Shown: positions 57,579-64,000 of the stretch, in pieces
Layout: each line of letters begins with the position of its first letter
Position numbering within the stretch: the first letter of the stretch is position 1
Assembly: GCA_963674865.2 (NCBI GenBank)
Contig: CAXXYE010000001.1
Location: 1 to 64,000, forward strand
Length of the DNA: 64,000 nucleotides
From: Candidatus Hydrogenedentota bacterium
GTDB taxonomy: Bacteria; Hydrogenedentota; Hydrogenedentia; Hydrogenedentales; SLHB01
Direction: 5' to 3'
Notes under the pieces: generated by a model
Databases searched by the model: none
Seen by the model: only the letters and a program-made list of their open reading frames with translations
Told to the model about the DNA's origin: nothing
Made by a program: the position numbers and the translations under genes

Positions 57579-58802
57579 ATGTTTGCTTCAGTACCTGAGA
57601 TTCTTGACGAGGTTCGCGAAGGGCGCATTGTGATTCTCGTGGACGATGAAGACCGTGAGAACGAGGGCGATCTGATGATCGCCGCGGAGAAAGTCACCCC
57701 CGAGGCCGTCAACTTCATGGCCCAACAGGGACGCGGACTTGTCTGTCTGGCGATGATGCCTGAGCGTATCGACATGTTGAACTTGCCGCCCATGGCCCCC
57801 GTGAACACCTCGCGATTCCAGACGGCCTTCCACTGCTCGTTTGAAGCGGCCACCGGAGTGACAACGGGCATCAGCGCCTACGATCGCGCACACTCGATCC
57901 GTGTGGCCATCGATCCCGCTTGCGGGGCAGCCGACCTAGTGCGGCCGGGCCATGTGTTCCCTCTGCGCGCCCGGGAAGGCGGCGTGCTCGTGCGCGCCGG
58001 GCAAACGGAAGGCTCGGTGGACCTGGCCCGGATGGCCGGCATGAATCCGTCCGCCGTGATCTGCGAGATCATGAGTTCGGACGGCACCATGGCCCGGGTG
58101 CCCGAGCTCGAGGTGTTTGCAGAGGAACACGGGCTGAAGCTGTGTTCCGTGCAGAGCATCATCGAGTACCGGCGCAGGACCGAGCGGCTTGTCCGCCGTT
58201 CTGCCGAGACTGTCCTGCCCACGCAGCACGGGCCTTTCCGGCTTGTCGTTTACGAGACGGACATTGACGACTACCACCACCTTGCGCTTGTGAAAGGTGA
58301 CGTGGCGGACAAAGAAGACGTTTTGGTACGTGTCCATTCGGAGTGTTTGACGGGCGACGTCTTCCAGTCGATGCGGTGCGATTGCGGGAGCCAGTTGCAC
58401 CGGGCCATGGGTATGATCGAGCAGGAAGGACTCGGCGTTCTGGTGTATATGCGCCAAGAAGGACGCGGCATCGGATTGGTTAACAAGATCAAGGCCTACG
58501 AACTGCAGGACCGCGGTTTCGACACCGTTGAGGCGAATGTCCACCTCGGCTTCGATCCCGACCCACGCGAGTACGGCATCGGCGCGCAAATCCTGGCGGA
58601 CTTGGGTGTCACGAGCATGCGGCTTATCACCAACAATCCCGTCAAGCGCACGGGACTGGAGGGCTACGGACTTCAGGTGACGGGGCGTGTGCCCATCGAA
58701 ATCCCGCCGAACGAAGTCAACGAACGCTATCTAAACACAAAACGAGACAAACTGGGTCATTTGCTGTCGGGAAGGGAGACGTCTCATGCCGAAAGTGATT
58801 GA
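57579..58802 (+). CDS. ribBA: DHBP synthase / GTP cyclohydrolase II
   Basis: [40 protein letters not shown]. Confidence 0.97.
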   Translation: MFASVPEILDEVREGRIVILVDDEDRENEGDLMIAAEKVTPEAVNFMAQQGRGLVCLAMMPERIDMLNLPPMAPVNTSRFQTAFHCSFEAATGVTTGISAYDRAHSIRVAIDPACGAADLVRPGHVFPLRAREGGVLVRAGQTEGSVDLARMAGMNPSAVICEIMSSDGTMARVPELEVFAEEHGLKLCSVQSIIEYRRRTERLVRRSAETVLPTQHGPFRLVVYETDIDDYHHLALVKGDVADKEDVLVRVHSECLTGDVFQSMRCDCGSQLHRAMGMIEQEGLGVLVYMRQEGRGIGLVNKIKAYELQDRGFDTVEANVHLGFDPDPREYGIGAQILADLGVTSMRLITNNPVKRTGLEGYGLQVTGRVPIEIPPNEVNERYLNTKRDKLGHLLSGRETSHAESD

Positions 58803-59250
58803 AGGTCAACTTGTCAGCAAGGGGAAGAAGTACGGCATTGTTGTGTCACGGTTCAACGAGTTCATCTCGGCCAAGCTGTTGGGCGGGGCCTTGGACGCGC
58901 TGGCGCGCCACGGCGTCAAGGACAACGAGATCACCGTTGCCTGGGCGCCGGGCTCCTTCGAGGTGCCGTTCGTGGCCAAGAAGATGGCCGAGTCGGGCGC
59001 TTATGACGCCATTATTGCACTGGGCGCCGTTATCCGTGGCAACACGCCCCACTTCGAGTACGTTGCCAGCGAAGCCGCCAAAGGTGTGGCTCAAGTCGCG
59101 TTGCAGACAGGCGTGCCTGTGGTATTCGGCATCCTCACGACCGACACCATCGAGCAAGCGGTCGAGCGGGCGGGCACGAAGGCCGGCAACAAAGGATTCG
59201 ACGCGGCCGCAGGCGCCATAGAAATGGTGAACCTCGTGGAGCAGCTGTAG
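58786..59250 (+). CDS. ribH: 6,7-dimethyl-8-ribityllumazine synthase
   Basis: VSRFN, PGSFEVP, LGAVIRG.TPHF, GNKG. Confidence 0.97.
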   Translation: MPKVIEGQLVSKGKKYGIVVSRFNEFISAKLLGGALDALARHGVKDNEITVAWAPGSFEVPFVAKKMAESGAYDAIIALGAVIRGNTPHFEYVASEAAKGVAQVALQTGVPVVFGILTTDTIEQAVERAGTKAGNKGFDAAAGAIEMVNLVEQL

Positions 59251-59252
59251 CC

Positions 59253-59681
59253 GTGCCCCATCCTCGGATTGGCAGGCTGGCCCGTGAACGGGCCGCGCAA
59301 CTCCTTTTTGGCTTGGACTTCACCGGCTATGACTGGAGAGATGCCATCGACGCGTTCTGGCAAGAGTTCCCCGCGCGGCCCAGCGTCAAGCACTACGCGG
59401 AGCAGCTCATCGAGGGAGTCGCCGGACATCGTGAGGCGCTTGACGTAGCCATTGTAGGCGCCCTCGAGAAGTGGTCGCCCGCACGCGTGGGACGCGTCGA
59501 ATGGAACATTCTCCGTGTGGCGCTGTACGAGATGCGGCACATCGAGGATGTTCCTGAACGCGTCGCCATTAACGAGGCCATCGAGGTGGCCAAGCGCCTG
59601 GGAGCCGATGATGCGCCGCGGTTTATCAACGGCGTCCTAGACCGGCTGAGGGAGGACGCGCCGCGGGCAACCCATACGTAG
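59253..59681 (+). CDS. nusB: Transcription antitermination factor NusB
   Basis: RLARERAAQLLF, ILRVALYEM, VAINEAIEVAK, FINGVLD. Confidence 0.95.
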   Translation: MPHPRIGRLARERAAQLLFGLDFTGYDWRDAIDAFWQEFPARPSVKHYAEQLIEGVAGHREALDVAIVGALEKWSPARVGRVEWNILRVALYEMRHIEDVPERVAINEAIEVAKRLGADDAPRFINGVLDRLREDAPRATHT

Positions 59682-60502
59682 ATCTGCACCTCCACACGCA
59701 CTATTCCGATGGTGTTGACCCGCCCGAACGGGTGGTTGCGCGGGCGTGCGAGGCCGGTTGCGCCGGTATCGCCATCACGGATCACGATACGTTGGCCGGA
59801 CTGGGTGAGGGGGCGCAAGCCGCAGCGGCCGCCGGCCTGGAGTTTCTCCCTGGAACGGAAGTCAGCGCGGTGGCTCAGAACGTGGAAGTGCACGTCATCG
59901 GACTCGGTGTTCAGCCGGATTCCGCCCCTTTGTGCGATGCCTTGGCCGGACTTCGGGAGGGCCGCTCGACGCGCGCGGATGCGATGATCGGAAGGCTCAA
60001 TGAGCTGGGCATGTCCGTCACTCGGGAGCGTGTCGAGGCGCAAACGGGGGATGGAACCATCGGGCGCCTGCACATCGCCAAGGAGGTGCATCGGTTGGGC
60101 CATGTCAAAACCGTCCAGGGAGCGTTTGACGCCTACATCGGCGAGGGGCGCCCCGCCTTTGTGCCGAAAGCTCTCCTGCCGTGCCGCGAGGCGATTGAGG
60201 TGCTTCATCGGGCCGGTGGCCTAGCCATCATGGGCCATCCGGGCATCGGCCGGGTCGAACGGATCTTGGCAGAGCTTCTCGACCTACCCTTCGACGGCAT
60301 CGAGGTCTATCACAGTCAGCACTCGTCGGGCCAGGCCAGCGCCTTCAAGCGCATCGCCGAGGAGCGTGGGCTGCTCATCTCCGGCGGGTCGGACTGCCAC
60401 GGCGGAATCAAAGGCCAGCGCCCCGAGTTGGGCACTGTGCGCGTGCCCTATACGTGCTTTGAGGCCATCAAAGCTGCCCTGATCGCGCGGACGCGTTCGT
60501 AG
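59675..60502 (+). CDS. PHP domain phosphoesterase (TrpH/YciV-like); start codon unresolved
   Basis: In-frame YVDLHLHTHYSDG upstream of the track's GTG at 59732; ITDHD, GTEVS, HVIG, GRLHIA, GGSDCHG. Confidence 0.85.
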   Translation, partial: YVDLHLHTHYSDGVDPPERVVARACEAGCAGIAITDHDTLAGLGEGAQAAAAAGLEFLPGTEVSAVAQNVEVHVIGLGVQPDSAPLCDALAGLREGRSTRADAMIGRLNELGMSVTRERVEAQTGDGTIGRLHIAKEVHRLGHVKTVQGAFDAYIGEGRPAFVPKALLPCREAIEVLHRAGGLAIMGHPGIGRVERILAELLDLPFDGIEVYHSQHSSGQASAFKRIAEERGLLISGGSDCHGGIKGQRPELGTVRVPYTCFEAIKAALIARTRS

Positions 60503-60764
60503 GCCCGAAGGCGGTGCCGCAATCGCCGGATAGCTCAGCGGCGCCGCGCACACGGCGCTTGGATGTGACGCCGTCTCACGAAAGCGATTTACCGGATGGG
60601 GGAGGCCAGCCTTCTCGACGGCGTCTTTGTTCCCAATGACTTGAGGCGCGGCACAATCGGAAACGGGCCACCGGGGGCGGCGGTTTTCGTTTGTCCGATC
60701 CAAGGTGTTTTCGCTAAGATGCACTCTCTCTTGAAGAGGCGGCGGCTTTGTGGAGGAATCAGCG

Positions 60765-61886
60765 GTGAAAGCTTCTCATATGCTCTTTGTTTTCCCATGT
60801 TTGGCAGTTGCGGCGTCTGCCGATTCGCCCGCGTTTCAGGATAGCGTGTTGGCGCACGGCGGGCGGGTTGATTTCGTTTTCGGTGATGAAAGGTCCTTCA
60901 AGGAGTGTCACGCCTCGACGGTTGTTCAAGCCGGCGACGGCACGTTGCTGTGCGCGTGGTTCGCTGGGACGCGCGAGAGCGACCCGGATGTGGGCATTTG
61001 GATGGCCCGCTTTGCCGATGGTAAGTGGTCAGAACCTACGCTGGCGGCGAAGGTTAACGAAACGGCCCATTGGAATCCCGTTCTGTTCCGCGATCCGGCC
61101 CGTGGCCTGTATCTCTTCTTCAAGGTTGGCCCGAAGATCCCCTACTGGCAGACCTACTGGATGCACTCCACCGATGACGGCGCCACGTGGACGGAGCCCG
61201 TCGAACTTGTCCCCGGCGATAAGGGGGGCCGCGGGCCTGTACGGAACCAGCCTATCATCCTGTCAGGCGGCGCGTGGCTTGCCCCGGCCTCCACGGAGTT
61301 AGGCAGTTGGAAGCCTTTTGTCGACCGCTCTGAGGATGGTGGGGCGACCTGGCAACGCAGCGAGGACTTCGCCATGGGCTCCGCCGTTGAGGATGACGAT
61401 GCGTCGGACGAGATATCCGAGGCGGGCGCCTCGGGAACGTGGTCGGTGGCCATCACGCCGTCCACCGGCGCCATTCAGCCTACGCTGTGGGAATCCGAGC
61501 CCGGTAAGGTCCACGCGCTGCTCCGGACTACCGCGGGCTGCGTCGGGCGCGCCGACTCCGAGGACGGCGGCAAGACGTGGACGCCCATGCGCGCAACCAA
61601 GCTGCCCAACAACAACAGCGGCATCGATGCACAGCGCCTGGAGGATGGCCGGGTCCTTCTTGTCTACAATCCCGTTGCCGAGAACTGGGGACCTCGCAGT
61701 CCTCTGAACCTCGCCGTTTCGGACGACGACGGCGACACCTGGCGCGATATCGCCAGCCTCGAGGATGAGGAAGGCGGGGAGTTCTCCTATCCGTGCATTA
61801 CGCGTACGCGAGAGGGCATTGCCATCAGCTACACATGGAAGCGGCAGCGGGTGCGGTGCTGGCAGATTCCGCTCGAAGCGCTGTAG
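60765..61886 (+). CDS. Secreted sialidase-family (BNR_2) protein
   Basis: SD GGAGG then GTG; CHASTV, WNPVLF, four Asp boxes, PNNNSG, EFSYP. Confidence 0.88.
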   Translation: MKASHMLFVFPCLAVAASADSPAFQDSVLAHGGRVDFVFGDERSFKECHASTVVQAGDGTLLCAWFAGTRESDPDVGIWMARFADGKWSEPTLAAKVNETAHWNPVLFRDPARGLYLFFKVGPKIPYWQTYWMHSTDDGATWTEPVELVPGDKGGRGPVRNQPIILSGGAWLAPASTELGSWKPFVDRSEDGGATWQRSEDFAMGSAVEDDDASDEISEAGASGTWSVAITPSTGAIQPTLWESEPGKVHALLRTTAGCVGRADSEDGGKTWTPMRATKLPNNNSGIDAQRLEDGRVLLVYNPVAENWGPRSPLNLAVSDDDGDTWRDIASLEDEEGGEFSYPCITRTREGIAISYTWKRQRVRCWQIPLEAL

Positions 61887-61904
61887 AGTGGCTCGGGCTT
61901 ATGC

Positions 61905-62378
61905 TCACTCCGTTAGGCTTGTGCGGATGCGTTCGAGCATGGCGATGAGCCGCGTGAGCTGACTCGTGTTCAGCGGGCCCATAATGGAGCGGACGTTCTC
62001 GCGGTAGGCCTTTTCGACATCTCTGAGGAGCTTCTCGCCGTTGGCCGTCAGGCGGACGATGTGGCAGCGCCGATCGCCCGGAGCGGCTGTTCGCTTGACG
62101 AGATCAGCCTTCTCCATGCGGTCGATGAGCGTCGTTATATTTGCCCGGTTCACCAGCATCATACGGCTTAGATCGACTTGAGTCAGGCCGCCGCCCTCGG
62201 GACTCTGATACCAGAGCAGCATCATGAGGTTGAACTGGACGTCGGTGAGCCCGTACGCCCTGAAGAACTCCGTGGCCGCCTTCTTGATGCAGGACGATGT
62301 GAAGTAGATGTTCAGCAGCGCTTCATGCTCGAGCGTATGAAAGCCCTCGCGCAAGCCGAGTTCGTCTTTAAGAGCCAT
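61905..62378 (-). CDS. MarR family transcriptional regulator
   Basis: GLTDVQFNLM, NITTLIDRMEK..LV.R...DRR...LT..G. Confidence 0.93.
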   Translation of the reverse strand: MALKDELGLREGFHTLEHEALLNIYFTSSCIKKAATEFFRAYGLTDVQFNLMMLLWYQSPEGGGLTQVDLSRMMLVNRANITTLIDRMEKADLVKRTAAPGDRRCHIVRLTANGEKLLRDVEKAYRENVRSIMGPLNTSQLTRLIAMLERIRTSLTE

Positions 62379-62401
62379 GGGAACCTCCTGGCACTTCGTT
62401 A

Positions 62402-62438
62402 ATGTATAAACTATACATGAGGCACGCGTAATTGTCAA
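62402..62438 (-). promoter_or_regulatory. marR promoter with overlapping palindromic operator
   Basis: TTGACA(62438-62433)-17-TATAGT(62415-62410); palindrome ATGTATA-AAC-TATACAT at 62402-62418. Confidence 0.75.
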
Positions 62439-62467
62439 TGCGGCGTCCTCATCCGAGGAGAATAGCT

Positions 62468-63394
62468 ATGATTTGGGCCAATCTTGTCCATCTTGGCTAC
62501 AACATGTGGAATGATCGTGTTGTGCCGCCGCCCAGTGTGCCGCGGCTGGATGCGAAGCCGTATCTCCGGTTTGACGATTCACTCTGGAGAGAACTGGTGC
62601 GAACAATGATCGAGGCGGGCCTGAACATGGTGGTCCTGGATCTCGGCGACGGCGTCCGCTACGAGTCACATCCCGAGCTTGCGGTTCAGGGCGCATGGCC
62701 GGCGGCACGCTTGCGTGAGGAACTGGCTCTGCTACGCGGGAAGGGATTGGAGCCGATGCCCAAGCTCAACTTTTCGGCGAGTCACGATGTCTGGCTTGGG
62801 CCTTATGCGCGGCAAGTGTCGACGGAGACGTACTACGAGGTCTGTCGCGATTTGATCAACGAAGTCATCGCGTTGTTCGATGGGCCGCGGTTCTTCCATC
62901 TGGGCATGGACGAGGAAGCGGCGGAACACCAGCGATATTGCGAGTATGTCGTCGTGCGCCAGCATGATCTGTGGTGGCATGACCTGAACACACTTCTTGG
63001 CGCGGTCGAGCAGGGCGGGGCAAGGCCCTGGGTGTGGGCCGACTACCTGTGGCGCCACGCGGACACCTTCCTGGAGCGTATGCCGAAGTCCGTTCTCCAG
63101 AGCAATTGGTACTACGAGGATGTCTTCGACGCCGAGGTGAAGGAACTCACGGCTTGCGACACATTGAATGAGCATAGGTATGATCAGATTCCCGCGGGGA
63201 GCAACTACTCCTATCCCGACAACTTCGAGCGATTGGTTGCCTACTGCACGGAACGCCTAGACGCCGGCCGCCTCATAGGTTTTCTTCAGACCACGTGGGC
63301 GCCGACCCTTGAGGAATACCGCCGACAGCATGTCGAAGCCATCGAGCAGGTGGCGCGGGCGCGCGCATGGTGGGAGGCACACTCGATAGCCTAG
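62468..63394 (+). CDS. GH20-like TIM-barrel hypothetical hydrolase
   Basis: YESHPELA, PKLNFSASHD, FHLGMDEE (GH20-like HxGxDE), WVWAD, WYY. Confidence 0.65.
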   Translation: MIWANLVHLGYNMWNDRVVPPPSVPRLDAKPYLRFDDSLWRELVRTMIEAGLNMVVLDLGDGVRYESHPELAVQGAWPAARLREELALLRGKGLEPMPKLNFSASHDVWLGPYARQVSTETYYEVCRDLINEVIALFDGPRFFHLGMDEEAAEHQRYCEYVVVRQHDLWWHDLNTLLGAVEQGGARPWVWADYLWRHADTFLERMPKSVLQSNWYYEDVFDAEVKELTACDTLNEHRYDQIPAGSNYSYPDNFERLVAYCTERLDAGRLIGFLQTTWAPTLEEYRRQHVEAIEQVARARAWWEAHSIA

Positions 63395-63411
63395 GCTCCG
63401 GCAGGCCTTGC

Positions 63412-64000
63412 CTACCAACTGCAAACCACGTGAGGCTCCAGTGGCCCCGCGGCCGCATAGGTTCGCAGTAACTCCTCCATCAATTGATCGCGCCGGCCGC
63501 GGATGTGGACTTCGTGGAAGAGATTATTGAACTCGCAGGGATCCGCTTCGAGATCGTAGAGTTCGCCATCCTGTTGGCCCGGCCACCAAGTAATGCGGTA
63601 CGCCTCGCTGTGAAGGCTCATGTGGCGGAAGAGCGGCGATGCCTTGGACCACCCGCAGGAGAATGCCGCCTCGTGTATACGCTCCCGGTGTCCTGTCAGC
63701 GCAGGGATGAAGCTCCTGCCTTGCACTCTATCTGGGACGCCGACTTCGGCCAGCTCCATCAAGGTAGGCATCACGTCGGTGTTGCTCATGGGAGCGGCTG
63801 TAACGCCGGGACGGACACCCGGCGCCCGCAGAACGAACGGCACGCGTAATAGCGACGCAAAGGGCAATTGGCCCTTATGGAGCAGCCCGTGGTCGCCCAG
63901 GAGGTCGCCGTGATCGCTCGTGAAACAAATGATGGTATTGTCGGCAAGTCCAAGTTCCTCGACGGCACCGAGGATGCGTCCCACCGCATGATCGATAAGG
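63412..64000 (-). CDS. Sulfatase-like hydrolase (C-terminal part; 5' end outside the window)
   Basis: NTIICFTSDHGDLLGDHG..KG, RVPF, DVMPTL, ELYDLEADP.E.NNL. Confidence 0.9.
   Translation of the reverse strand, partial: LIDHAVGRILGAVEELGLADNTIICFTSDHGDLLGDHGLLHKGQLPFASLLRVPFVLRAPGVRPGVTAAPMSNTDVMPTLMELAEVGVPDRVQGRSFIPALTGHRERIHEAAFSCGWSKASPLFRHMSLHSEAYRITWWPGQQDGELYDLEADPCEFNNLFHEVHIRGRRDQLMEELLRTYAAAGPLEPHVVCSW

Noticed and set aside
1..64000. CRISPR arrays, tRNA, rRNA, prophage genes
   Set aside because: None recognised on reading; a tRNAscan/Infernal run would be needed to exclude small RNAs fully

Overview
GC-rich bacterial chromosomal window, densely coding and mostly housekeeping or envelope-related. 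The protein styles suggest a PVC/Hydrogenedentota-like lineage, but this is inference only. Left to right it holds: a partial giant BlaR1/M56-HEAT sensor with blaI; a CgeB-type glycosyltransferase; rubrerythrin with a double-rubredoxin NADH oxidoreductase; kdsB with a deoxyhypusine-synthase-like protein; a 974-aa surface protein; a GNAT, a DEAD-box helicase and a nitroreductase; an operon of unknowns ending in a degenerate GH15-like protein; znuCB; fliW-csrA followed by a probable flagellin glycosylation cluster; a zinc-finger/TPR-metallophosphoesterase-dGTPase-PNP operon; galK; EF-hand and TolB-like proteins; coaE, an mqnA-like gene, a degenerate GH116, rimI/tsaB and HU/IHF; an intact 1231-bp IS4-family element with a 9-bp target duplication; type-2 valS; an FMN riboswitch ahead of ribD-ribE-ribBA-ribH-nusB-PHP; a sialidase-like gene, MarR, a GH20-like gene and a partial sulfatase. 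I saw no CRISPR array, tRNA or rRNA. The most notable observations are several apparent pseudoenzymes (GH116, GH15, MqnA, DHS-like), a PHP gene with no canonical start codon behind nusB, a sigma28-type promoter on the surface-protein gene and a non-canonical BlaI operator pair. All family calls come from motif recognition by eye, not database searches.
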